Source: Phoronis australis
Lineage: Eukaryota > Animalia > Phoronida
Direction of reading: 5' to 3'
Assembly: GCA_002633005.1 (NCBI GenBank)
Contig: NMRA01000002.1
Coordinates: forward strand, 636,044-700,043
Length of the DNA: 64,000 bases
Part shown: in pieces, positions 38,381 through 51,249 of the stretch
How positions within the stretch are numbered: the stretch's first letter is position 1
Layout of the letters: the number at the start of each line of letters is the position of its first letter
Notes under the pieces: model-generated
What the model saw: the letters and a program-made list of their open reading frames with translations, nothing else
Told to the model about the DNA's origin: nothing
Database searches by the model: none
Position numbers and translations under genes: made by a program

Positions 38381-41300
38381 TTAACAACGCGATGAGGTTG
38401 TGGTGCAATTCAGTCTCAGAAGTTCGGGTAGGGTTCGAGGCTCGAGTGTAGCATAGTGTTTTTTGTAGTTGGCGTTGGTACACTTGCTTACTGGATCCAT
38501 CGCTTTCCTATTTCTAGTTTCATTTGTAGTGAAATAACCGGAACAAGCCGCTTAGAATTTTAGCCGCAATATTGCTGAAACAATTAGCGTTTTCACGTCA
38601 TGGATTGAAAAAGTCACACTTGGTGAACTGTCAATGTGGCTGGAAATACTGTCTGGGCCCTATTAGATAGAGTATGTACAATTGTATCGATTTTGTATAA
38701 TTAAGGTTAATTGAAAGTCATTATTCACAATTAACACTATCAATGGACAGTTTACGAAAGCTCAAATTATCATATCAAGAGGAGAGAAATTTGACCAGAC
38801 CCGTTGGATTAAGCATACGACGTGTATTTGGCGACCTGGGAAAAATCATCGCCAAAATTTTTTCCCAAGTCGCCAAATTTCACGTTGACAATGGTGAATA
38901 GGGTAACTTCGACGACATATAAAAAGTGAAGGTTAACAGAATGTCGAGGTTGGCTGATGGCACGTGGACATTGGAGATTAATAACATAGGATGACTTCCT
39001 GTACTTCGAAGGTCTGCATAAACTGTCATTCTATAACACTTCGCCCTCTTTTGAGTCTCACGTGGCGCCCACTCATCTGACAACATGTTTTCTCGTTTAC
39101 AAACAAGCTATCGGAAGAACATTGTTTTCATTGTTTCAAATGAGATGAGAAATAATTAGATCGCGTGGTGTCTTCTATGTTTGCGCTACGCTTTTAATTT
39201 CCCCTGTATTGTTCATGGAAAACACTTAAAAGATTATCAATATACTCATTTTCAGCCTATTTTACGTTTTATAGTTCCTGTTACTTATCACAGAACACAA
39301 CTCTTTACGTTCAAATATCAAAAACCAAACAATTCATGTGTTACCCACAATGCCATGAGGTACCTTTTCCTGGTTTTTCAAAAACAAAGTCGTGTTGTGC
39401 AGAGGCGAATTCGTACGATTTCAGCGACTGCTCTTACTGCATCAGAGGGACGTTTTCTTGTGCCTCGGGAGTTTTGTTTTTAGTCGTGCCCCCTGAAGGG
39501 GGGGGGGGTTAAAGTGATATTCTATGCTATAAAAGCGATTTTCTGAGATTCGCCACAGCGCAGATTCAAATTTAGAACCTTCGCAGTCAAACGCGGTACT
39601 TTCGGAACTAAAGCTCACTCGATAAATGGCATCAAGTGTTTTAAGCGTTTTTCACTAGAAAAATCATGATTTCCGCGAATGTTTGGCAAGCATCGGCGAC
39701 AACTGGCAATTTGTAGTAAACTCACAAAAGTCCAACGCATTTCGTTGTTTTATATCTCTGGTCAAAGCCAATAACTTCAAAATGTCAATCACATCCAACA
39801 ATATCCAAAAATGCGTTTTCGGCCGTAAAAACGATGACATCCCTTTAAATAGGCTTGACCTTTTCTAGCCAATGACCGTTTAATGAACCAACCAATATGT
39901 TTTTGGACGTCCGGACCAAGGATCGGTAAAGAGAAAGTAAGAGATAAAGAAATACATGCACGTGCGTTGCTATAAGGAACGGCGCATTGTCCAGCAAACA
40001 AAGGGTGGAGTCAAGTGGCGAGAAAACGCGAATAAGCCATGAGAAAGTCATAATCATTAAACTAGAAAGTCGCTATATGTAATAATTTTGTCATTCATAC
40101 AATCATCGTAATTACGACTGTGCGACTGGTTATTAAAATTGGACGTTATTGCGTTTTCGGTTCTTTGTGAGTCAACTATAGCGAAATCAGGTTAGATCAA
40201 ATCAATCTCTAGTTTAACGAATGTTAAATATTTCTTTTCAAAACTGTAAACAGTTAGGATTTTTTTTGATAAAAAATTATATTCTTAATGATTCTTTTGC
40301 TCAAATGAAAAAAGTATGCGTTATTGCACAGTTGTAGCAAAAGAAGTCCGCTCAATGGAAACCGCCATTCCGCAAACCACCAGGTGGCGTATCAGGTAGA
40401 GCCACCAATAAATCATGAGATAAGTCGCGCTTGAAAAGGTATTTGCCATACATTGATCATTCTATTTTTCACTTCCTTTTTCTCTTGGGAGAAGTAAGTA
40501 CGTGTCTTGCAATCTTATCTGAAATGCTTGCTTTGATATTTGTTACTTTCCGTGAAAGCCGATTATTTGTAACTGTAATTAGTTTTTAGTCAAATTAGTT
40601 GCGGACCGCTAAACCCATTTTGTAATGACTCAGTGTCAGAATCGGTACTGAAATTACAGGCGATGACTTGCTCAAGTCGCATTTTAAATTAACAACAAGT
40701 TGCAGACAAATGAACGGCATATTAGGATCAGAGGCTCAGTACAGAATAACATTGTCATTGTGTTCGGTTAGAAATAAACATTAAGCGTTTGATCAGTGTT
40801 TGAAAATCGCACAACAACAAAAATTACCCAAAACGTGTGCATCCTCTCATAATGTTACTTCATAGATAATAGCAAGTAAAAGATTTGATAAGCGAATTTG
40901 TTGGAAAGAGCAATTCACGTACATGTACGTTTTACTGGGGCTGGTTATTTGACTGTTCCCTGTGCTTTAGTTTCTTAATGAAGACGTTTAGAGTGAAAGT
41001 TTAATTTATTTCATGAACAAATTTTCTGTGTTGAGTTACACACATAGCTGTAATGAATTTCAACTTCATGCTTTAAAAGGATACCAAGCCCGGTTTTGGC
41101 CAATACAGATATTAAAAAAGACCTTCCCACCCAAGTTTCTGAAACAAAATAGTACTCTGTAACCGTCGACAACCCTCAAAGCTTTTACAAAATTTGAAAA
41201 CTCCTTTCAAAGTCTGCTGAAGGGGAAAGCGTGACCTATGCTTTAGACGAATTATACGACAACTGTAGGGAAGGACCACCCACCAAGAACCATAACATCC

Positions 41301-41563
41301 AATCTGTGACACAGAGAGTATGAATTTTTAGTTGAACCATGCTTTTATCATTCAAGTGGGACACCGACGATGCACTAACAGGTGACGGAACACGGAGCGA
41401 TTGAAATCACCAAAACTGGGTTCAGTATCCTTTTAACAATCTCTAGACAATTTTCGAACTGCAAAATTATACTTTGAAGAAGTTACAAGCTGTAACTAGT
41501 CTGTATTGTCAAAAAGAAGAATTGTACAGGTTTAAAACGTTTAATTTATTTTTCGAATTTTAG

Positions 41564-41759
41564 TGTCTATGGAAATAATTATCGTCGTGTCTGTCGTCGG
41601 GGTGAGCGTGATCGGATTGGCTGCGCTCTTCGTTTGCTGCCTATGGCGAAAACACAGGCGGAAGAAAAGTATTGGCGAGTACGAGAAAATTCTGCCGGAA
41701 CACCAGCCCATACCTCAGTTGCAGCTGGATGGAAAATCGCTAGAAACTCCCAAAGTCAG
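41564..41759 (+). CDS. Internal coding exon of a single-pass membrane protein, synaptotagmin-15-like N-terminus (TM helix plus basic juxtamembrane linker)
   Basis: Acceptor tttcgaattttag ends at 41563 and donor GTAAGG starts at 41760. Open frame (V)SMEIIIVVSVVGVSVIGLAALFVCCLWRKHRRKKSIGEYEKILPEHQPIPQLQLDGKSLETPKV has a hydrophobic helix, then CC, then a basic cluster. CCLWR...YE..LP resembles the Syt15 N-terminus as I recall it. No C2-domain exons were found in the window, so the family call is tentative. Confidence 0.7.
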
Positions 41760-44700
41760 GTAAGGCAATTATGTTTACAACGGTTCCAGAAGCGATTGGA
41801 GTTTGGACCGTTTTATAAAAAGAAAGTTATTCCAACTCTATGTTGCCGGTGGTTTATGCATTAGTTGTATGAGGGCATGGGATAGAGTTAGTGGTATTGT
41901 CTTTAAACTTAGAGTATAGCTGCGGTCTTTCTTTGTGACACAATAAAACATTAGCTGAAGACAAAGACCTTCAAGTTAAAATGATTCATTTTAACTTATC
42001 ACTCTCACAATCACGAAAAAATGTTCAAGGCTTTACACGAGTGATTTTTCTTGAGTGAACCGCTCGAATTTCGGAATTTTATGTAAAAAGTTCTTGATGC
42101 GTTACTTATAATATTGACACGTTATGACAAATGGACGATTTAAATATATGAATCACTCAACAGGATTAGTTAGCTCATTGTGATAAAAATCCAACTCTAC
42201 AACGGTCAGTAACACAATACTTTAAATAAAGATTATGTAAGACACTTGATAAGATTCGAGGCTAGCACAACCAAACATATAAGAAAAACAAACATATGTA
42301 AATATGACAGAGTAATAACACAGAATACAAAAAAAAAACGCATGACAGTCCTTACATCAAAGCGGCGCCGTACGTTTCTGTGTAGCAGAGTGTAATATAC
42401 GCAAAACCGAATAAGTCAAGGTTATGTAGAACCAAATTGACAGCTCTACAATTTAGACAAATATGTACAAGACTATAGGTTTTAGCTGAGAAATTGGTAA
42501 TTAATAAGTCTACCGGACATCTCCAGGGGCAACTATTATCTTTTTATGGATAAGCACCACGACAGTTTTCCTGAAAGTAGAATGAGATTTTTACTTTTTA
42601 CAAAATTCATTGGGTCACGTGACCATGTTTTATTAAAATTTAGCAAGAAAGAAAAGTACATATTTTAGCAAAACAACCGTATTAATGACATGCCCAATTT
42701 TTATATGAACGTGTAAATCTTGAACGGGCGTGAAAATATAGATCGCAAACATTTTTAAGTCAGGTCCGCACTCCCCCAAGCTTGTGTTGCTGAGGTCACG
42801 TGAAGTGGCCAACAGGTGGCGTGCTGGCCAGACTTACAAATCTTTGCCATGACCAAATTTTGTTTAATATAAACATTAAAAACACTGTTGCAGTTTTTTT
42901 TAAATTATCATTTGTTTTCATTTTATGCAACACGACATTTGTGAAAATGTCTTGAAACTATGTTTGAATTCTTTTTGAGTTATTTCTGCGCTTTGGGAAA
43001 ATTTAACTTAAAAATAAACATTAATTATTTTGGAATGTGATCATTCCTCCTCTCTGAAATCAGGAATGTATCCTAATTTGTTCATTGTTCATGACTGCTT
43101 CCAAACATCTAAAACACATTTAACTTAATATCTAAATTTTTCCGAAACGCCCAACCTCAGCAGCGACACTTTCTGTCGCTCCGGATCACATTTGGACCAC
43201 AACGCTCCTCCCATGTTGTGTACTTCGTAGAATAGTAACTTCTCTGTGAACTTGTCACAACGTTACGATGACTAGTTTTAAATTGTACTTGGTACTTAAA
43301 TAGTTGGAAATTCAGCCTAAATAACTGGATGTTGAGTCCATTTAAATTGCATGCCTAAGGTGTCAATGGTCAAAGAATTTTGTTGTTCTCCAAACTGCGC
43401 TCCTGCTACATCTTGACAAGTTTGTGATTTATGGCACGACGGAGCCTACAATCCAGGAGGATTAACTCATTTGCATATTGAAAAGTTGCAATATACACTT
43501 ATATCGCGGCAGTGAGTTTTCCTTGAGACAAGTATTGTTGAACACGACGTTCCGCCATCGTGTTTAACAAAACTTATACACTTGTATGATAAAAAACGTG
43601 AGGATTTGCCATTGTTTAGTCAGAGCGCGAGTTCCTCTTAGGTAGCAAATTTTAAAACGGTCGCTGCAATAGCAATTACTCATCGGGAGCTCACAGTCCA
43701 TACTCGAAAAGTGGGCTGACCCACTTTTGATGTGTCCATATTCGAAGGTCAACAGAATAACACTTTTATAGAAATGTACAAAATCTTTTTAGAACTACGA
43801 TACAATGTAAGTGCTACTCGTTACCACTTGAAAATCTGTGCTTTCGATTTCGATGTGCAAGCATTCAAATCAGGCTGTCGTTATTTTTGGGGCACCCTGT
43901 ATACATAATGAAGCGGAAGCGATTTTGAAGCCAACAGTGCGGGCAAATTATAGGCAAAACTGGTATCCGTTTGACAAAAAAAAACCCATAAAAACTCAAC
44001 GGTACGTAGAACGACTGTGTACAACGCAACATTCCATTACATGTTTGTCGGTGATAATTGCGCATTCGGAAAATTTTCATCACAAGGTGGCACGGAAACA
44101 ACCGATTAAGGGAGTTTTTAGCTGTGGCTATTTCGGCGAAAACAGTACCTCACAGAATACAGTTCCTTCGGAGAATACGGTACCACGGTACCATTGACTT
44201 TACGCTGACACATGTAATGCCCTAAGTTAGGTATTCCAGTCAAGTACACGTATAAATAGTACACGATGCACGATAACTTACCGCTTTAAATGTGTGATCG
44301 CTAATGCTTTGAACTTCTTATCTAAGAATTAGGACGAAACCTGCTCAATAATGCATAACTCCGGAGTTGGAAAGCCAGACGTGTTGAGGAAACAGATATC
44401 TACGTTTTGCTCAAAGTCAATTTCTCCTTTGTTTTACCATTTTATGACAACCAATGAGTTCTATCAATCGAAAGATATCCCTCAAACAAGATTTTTTGCG
44501 GAAATTACAGCTCTATGCTTGTGCTTAGTTATATATTTTCTACAGATGTTTATAGATTTGGAAGAAGTGAACTTCGGTGACACTTTTGCTGACATCGACC
44601 ATTTTGTCATGTTCATTTGCAATGCTAAAAATTCAAGTTAAACAAATCTTAAATTTAGACTTCACATAGTTTGAATGCTTTAAGAAAACTTATGTTTTGT

Positions 44701-46387
44701 TGACAAGATCATTTTTCAAAGAAAAGTTCTCATAAAAATCGTTTATTACCTGAGGTGGAACATGAGTATACATTTATGGTAAAATCTTTGAATCTGCAGT
44801 TGTTATGGTTACATCACCGCCCCAGTAGAATGACTTTGTAAATACAGTGTAACTTAACTGCCACTGTCACCGAAAGTTCTAAAGTAGTAAGAATATTCCA
44901 AGAACTGTTTCTCAACAATTGACTGACAAACGTTCAATAGATGTCGCTATTATGAGTTGTGCATTGCGTACGTCTGATTGTATGTATTATGCTTTAGACA
45001 TTTTGGCCTGACTTAGAAACACTACTCACGCATTTTAATGTTTAATATTTATATAACAATCGTATTTATAGGCGTTAGGCGCAGATACTTTAAGTGTATT
45101 GAATTACCAGGAGACAAATGACTGCTTTAAAACGTTACACCCTTCGAAACCATCACAGACAAATTAATCCTCGAATTAGTTTCTGTGATCCCGACCTATT
45201 ATCTACCTGTGCTATCTGAGCAAAATTTACTACCCCAAAAGACAATTGTGGCCCACATCAAGCGTTAGTTAGAAAGATATCGCTAGTTGCAACAAAAGAC
45301 CCGATAAAGACAGTGCCATAAAAACTCAAGTGTGTTTCTAAGCAAAACAATACCGACACAAGAGAGAAATGTCATAGCGAGTGACTTACGAGAAGTCGAC
45401 GAAAAGTAAACTGCAACACTTATATACCGTATCGTCTACAATTGCTTGACAAATATTTGAGAATGCATTAACAGCCTTAAGATGCGATTAGGATGGAACG
45501 TGTTTTTGTCTAGATGTAAGGCACACGTAGTATTCACGTTTCGTAGACTGTAGTAAAAGGATCACCGGCTCCGTATCCTCTCAACAATGTTCTTGTCATT
45601 TCGACGTCCGTGATAACATTTATTCCATACGGTGCACCGTTCAGTTGTGCTAGCTTGGCACTCCCGTACTGACGGACCTGAGGAGAATATGATGCCAGTG
45701 ATGTTTGCGTGGGCCTCAATTCACAACCATGCAACAACAGAATACTACTTATCTTTGCCCAGAGTCACGTTACTGGCGACTTTGTGATAAATTGATCCAT
45801 ATGACTGTAGACATACATATCATGTTTTTATATCTATGAATAAGACTGGGAGTCAAAAGCACTGCAAAACGTACCTGACTAAGTGATCGTGCGCGTTAGT
45901 GAATTTGCCAATCTCTTAGTATGCAGTTTTCCATGATATATCAAGGTAATTTCAGAAATACAAAATCTGCAAGTGAAGTAAACTCATAAAAAGGAAAAAT
46001 CATCCCTCTGCGCGTCGCGCCATCTGGTGTGGTATAGAAACACAAATACGGGTTAATATTATGTGACGTTCGACTGGGTGTCACGTACACAAATGCTTTA
46101 ATCTTCAATCGGGATATTGTCTTACGTCTCTTACCAAGCCTCTTTAAATAATCTATTTTCAATTTCCTAACAAAGTGCTAGAGACAATTTATTGCCATCA
46201 ATGGCGCAGTTGGAATTTTAGCCAGTAGTCACAATCGGCGGAGGCACGCAGTACCAACACTAGGTCCGGTTTTTCGGCAAAAGAATGCAAGCAATTGACC
46301 AACAATCTTTCCTCTTATTTGGACTGTTGGATATTAATGCAGAATGTGCTGAATCCAATTCAAGCTACACTTTCTCGTAAATACTTA

Positions 46388-47687
46388 CAGACGATTTCAT
46401 AAGAGTGGTTTAAGGTGGACTTAGACCAGGTTCAAAGATAATCTGCATTTCATAAAGGTGGCTTAACTTTTTAGACCAGTGGTCTAATAAAGCCTGGCTT
46501 AACTCAAGTTTAGACCTGGTCTAAGCCAGTTCCCATTTCACCAACGGGGTCTACATTCCTTAGACCTGTGTTAGCATCTTAAACCAGGTTTAACTTCAGG
46601 CTTCGTCCGACCCAGATTTAATACTGTTAAATACGGCAGACTTGCACGATATAGGTGCAACTGAATGATGCCGTGGTATACATTTACGACGCAGTTTTAG
46701 AGCGAGAATGGACTATTTTTGATTTTCAGTTTTACAACGACACAAGATCAAACGTAACAAGGGCAGATCCAGGATTTTAAAGAGGGGGGAGGTTGGATCA
46801 AAGATTTTTTTAAAAGGGGGTCCAAGTCAACAATTTCAAAATTAATGTGTGTCCGTGTGTTGGGCCCAGACATTAGAAAATGAAAGATGTCCCTTCATGA
46901 TATCCTATATCTGCCACTAGGTCCATCACTGCTTTTCGTTGTAATTTTTCACCGATGAAATTTTTTTTCTGGTCTTCACTTTTTTAGTGATACCTTTTAA
47001 TTGTTTGTCGCTGCAGCTCTTCGATTGTGGCAACTGTGCAGCCAGTCTGGAGCAATGTCTCTCCAAGTCTGCTGCTAATGTTGACTTGATTGTGCACCAG
47101 TTTTCTTGTTCTCTTTGACATTCGCTTTTTCTGTCATCAGTTCTGGTAGGGAACATCTTTCCTCATGAGAAAAGCTCTTAGACCTTTTACGCAAATGCCT
47201 ACACTGATTTTGCTAGTGTGTGCCATTGTATACCCACGTGATCAAGGTTTCATTGAAGCACTTCTTTGTTGGGTTAATCCAGATCGACACAGCAGGGTGG
47301 CTTAGATACTTCAAACCTGGTTTTACCAAACCCGCTCCCTGGTCTAACAAAACCAGGCTTTCATACTTTTAAACCACGTTGGTGAAATGCAAGTTAGGTC
47401 TAAAATTAAACCAGGTTTAGGAACCTCTTGAACCGTGACCGAGGTCTCCACTTACATCCCGTGCATTCGAACATTCTTAACCATGCAGCGAAAGGCGGGA
47501 AACTCCGAACTCATTAACAAAGATCTGGCAAACCAGGTCCAAACGTCTGCAGCCAACCTACCACGTCTCTAAGTAAGTGATCATCTTATACTGCAATGCC
47601 TCTGGAGACCAATGATCAACCTATTCTCCAACAGGTTTAAGAAGACTTAAACCTGGTTTTATTAAACCACCTTTATGAAATCAGCTG
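46388..47687 (-). mobile_element. PIF/Harbinger deletion derivative with a Myb/SANT-like relic
   Basis: Termini CAGACGATTTCATAAGAGTGGTTTAA and TTAAACCACCTTTATGAAATCAGCTG; TTA TSD; many subterminal AAACCAGGT/AGACCTGGT motifs. The ORF relic at 46926-47156 is basic and Myb/SANT-like (tentative). Confidence 0.75.
46758..46919. mobile_element. Small GGCAGATC-type MITE nested in the Harbinger element
   Basis: Termini aagggcagatccagga and tcctatatctgccact; TSD not resolved. Confidence 0.45.
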
Positions 47688-47704
47688 TTAGAGTCGGTAG
47701 GTTG

Positions 47705-48724
47705 CATAGGCGGATTTAGGGGGGGGGGCCCAGGGGGCCCGGGCCCCCCCCCTTGGCTGCCGCAAAAAAATAAAACAGTAAGAGCGTAGGGAAATGGTGA
47801 GTTTATTAATTAACCCCGGTAATTAAAATTATACGGATGAAAAAAGATTTAAATGTGTGCAGTTTTAGTGTTGGGGGGGGGGGGCTCAAATCCAATTTCA
47901 AGTGTCAAATTCGGAACACTGCGCATTCGTAACGGAACTATGGCTAAGTATAGGCTCTCCCGCGATATCCCAGGCGACCGGCAGTGGCGCTGCGCACTAC
48001 GACTCCGTTTTCGTCGTCTGCTCCACTGTGCAATGAAGAAAATTTACTTCATTTTTTAAAGAGAATGGAACCTGAGTGACGATGAAAAAACAGAAGCTGC
48101 TGGTAAGATGTGAATTTCAATCGAAGCCTTAGTGAATCACTCAGAAACTCGCAATACTCTCTTTGTCAAACCTTAACTTAGACGATTTCCAAAGCAATCC
48201 CGTCATTATTGCCAACTCGAAAAACGGATTTGGTCTTTTGGGCATTTGAAGACTATTTTAAATACGACAAATTTGTTAAGAATTCATGGCACAAAATATA
48301 AAACGTGTAATAAGCATTACGAAAAGAAGTAGGTTTCGCGCGCAAACGCTGTGGACCATAAACAAGTAGGTCTTTTAGCATGAGATTGCTAGTTAAATCG
48401 TGGTGGTGTAGTGGTAACGCACGCGCTCTCTAACCGCGAGGTCGTGAGTTCAAGTCTTTGGTACGTTCAGTTTTCCTGTTTGACACGTTCTCTGTTTTTT
48501 TTTTTTTTTTTTTCTTGAATAATACTGCATGAATCAAGGAAAATGCTTGATTTTTAGAGGTAAAAACAGAAAAATTTCCTGGGCGGGAGGGGGGCAAACC
48601 CCCCTCCCGACCTCCCCCCATTCGGTGCTATGCGCATCTACAATCGTGGTTCAGTTTGCGCAAATGCTTACAGCCGGACAAAATGTTGGGCCCCCCCCCT
48701 TGTGATATCCTAGATCCGCCACTG
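47705..48724 (+). mobile_element. ~1.02-kb hAT5-like non-autonomous element, copy 2
   Basis: Termini CATAGGCGGATTTAGG and CCTAGATCCGCCACTG; 5-bp TSD GGTTG at 47700-47704 and 48725-48729. Confidence 0.9.
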
Positions 48725-49384
48725 GGTTGGCGCAAGATTCCCTCTCGAGGTACAGACACCCAGGTCTGTTGGACTATGAAGCTCGTGCGTCACGCCAGCA
48801 AGCGTCCATTTAACTTCCTCAACAGCGCATAGTAACGGCATGCCATTATAAATAGTTGCATATGTGTTAGGGCGCTAGTTAAATATTTTGATGCTCTTTT
48901 TTAGTGGATTACTTGGTAACGAATAAACTTTGGGCCTATGGCCATATGTATACATTTCAATAAATCACTAGTAAATAAACGTGCCAGTGACACTGTAACC
49001 ATCTTTAAGATTTGATTTCGGTGGGAGTCTTTTACCCCAATCCAACACCAAGTTTGCCAGCGAATGCACGTTTTGAGTACAAATGCTTCCCTGAAGCTTT
49101 CTGCGATTTCAAAGGGAAAATACAACAAAAATGCTGCATGGTGACAAGTCTGAATATCCCTAGAACTTATTCAAAGTGGCATTCTCCTTGTGAGCTAGGG
49201 CAAGCACTGCATACCAGCATGCACACAATCCCGGTTGCCTCGACAAACTGGTAACAAATCCTGGGATGATTCATTTGGGAGAATATGGACAAATTCTGCC
49301 CCCAGAGGTAGAAATGGAAATGAAAAATCATCAAGTAACGGGAAAATCATTGACCTGTAGGACTACATTGCGAGGAAATTTAAC

Positions 49385-49512
49385 ATCACATTGACCTGTA
49401 GGCCTATATGGTGATGACATTTGATATCACATTGACCTGTAGGCCTATATGGTGATGACATTTGATATCGCATTGACCTGTAGGCCTATATGGTGATGAC
49501 ATTTGATATCAC
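49385..49512. repeat. 41-bp tandem repeat, three copies
   Basis: Unit atcacattgacctgtaggcctatatggtgatgacatttgat. Confidence 0.9.
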
Positions 49513-51249
49513 GGCTTTCAACGGACACACCTTTAATTTTGAGTCAGTTGTTAATTGAGTGGCGTGTTCTTGATAAAAACAATTATAATTGCAGATCAAT
49601 ATGTTGGCATGAGACCACAAAATATTATAATGACAGAGGCGGAGTGGAAGGAGGCTATATTTGGTTTTTTGAATTCTATCGTATGTCGATCGCTTGTTTG
49701 GTCACTCAGTTGCTAGTTTTTTAGATAAAACGATGTGGAGATCTGGAATTTTGGGAAAAAAACACCCAAGAGTAACTCGAAATAGAAAAAGGAACCACCA
49801 ATTAAATTTTGGTAAAGATATTATGTGTTGGGGTTAATTAGCGGCCGTTTTCAGTGCAAAACAATCGATAATTGTCTTTTAGTTATACCAATGGGATCTC
49901 AGGTTCTAAGGACCGCGCAATAGTCATGTATTAACCATGAAAACACACCTTTTGTACAATAGCGTGATGGAGGGAACTGCGAAGCCTTGATGCATGTTTG
50001 CTTTCACCTGCTAGTTTATACTTTACAGTTGTTTAAAAACAAATGTGACATAAGATTTCGAATGAAATAAAAAGGATTTGAATTCGGTGACGTGCTGTTG
50101 GAGGAGTACTTACGTCGAGCCTTGTGAAGTGAGAGAGACCGGTTACGAACTTCCGGTGAATTAATTGCAACTGTAAGAAACTTTTAAACAGCGTTACCAT
50201 GGTAGCAGTCAATATTGGACTCCGAAATACTGGGTAGAGTTCTGAAGGTGTTTCTCAGCTAGAAATGTCACGTGTTCTCATTTGAAATACACAGAATATC
50301 TCGGGTAATCCTGCGAAATCTTGCTTTTTAGCGAGTTCCTAGCGTTACTGAACTCTAACCTGGTTGTAACTCCGTGATTTGCGCAGTCATATAATAATTA
50401 TTGGTCTTTTCCAAAAGATAATAAAAACCTGAACGACTGAAATATGTTTTATTAGTCACGTTAACCTGTGGCAGTAATTTAAAAATGATTATTTAATGGC
50501 ATACCATGCCATTTTCTCATTACTCATAGATAAATATGCTGGCGTTATACTATTACTTTACTATACTATTACTTTTTGTTTTTCTTGATTATCTGCGACC
50601 CGGAGCAAATCACCTACCCTTGGGAATATTACCGCAAAGGAGGGAGGAGGGAGCGTTTTGCCTCATGCAAGGGAGAAAACGCCTTGATTGCTTTTTAGGT
50701 TGCTAATTCCCCACCGGTGGACAATGTTTGTTTAAATCACTTCATGGTAATTCTATAACATTCTGAAAGGGAATCATAACTCACTATTTCGTATTTTTGA
50801 AGGTTCAAAGGCAAATTAAGTTATGAACTTTCTCACTTGCCCCACCCTACTTTATTCACAAGCACGTAATGTTGGTGGGTAGCTTACAGACTTTCCCATT
50901 GCACGAGTGAAGCCATCCAGCTCATGTCTAGATCCCAACTTAGCATGACAAGCGGTAACAAATAAAAACGCTCCTCAAATCACCAGGATATTGACTACAG
51001 ATAGTTTGGGCAATTTGATTGTCAGTGCCTCCCTTCCCGGTGACGTCACCCACGCGCGACTAAGTGCTGTCAATAACTTGTTCGTAATAAGCCACAGATT
51101 CAGATCAATAACAATTATAAGAGGCATGTAGAGCACGGATAAAAACCGGGAATTGCAAATTAACTCGGCACACGTCACCGGTCGCTATATCGGTAGCCGC
51201 GAAGTCTAACCTAACCTGACTGTTGGTCAATTGTCACTTGTCATAAAAT

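Noticed and set aside
49385-49512. 41-bp repeats as a CRISPR array
   Set aside because: Contiguous, near-identical tandem units without spacers.
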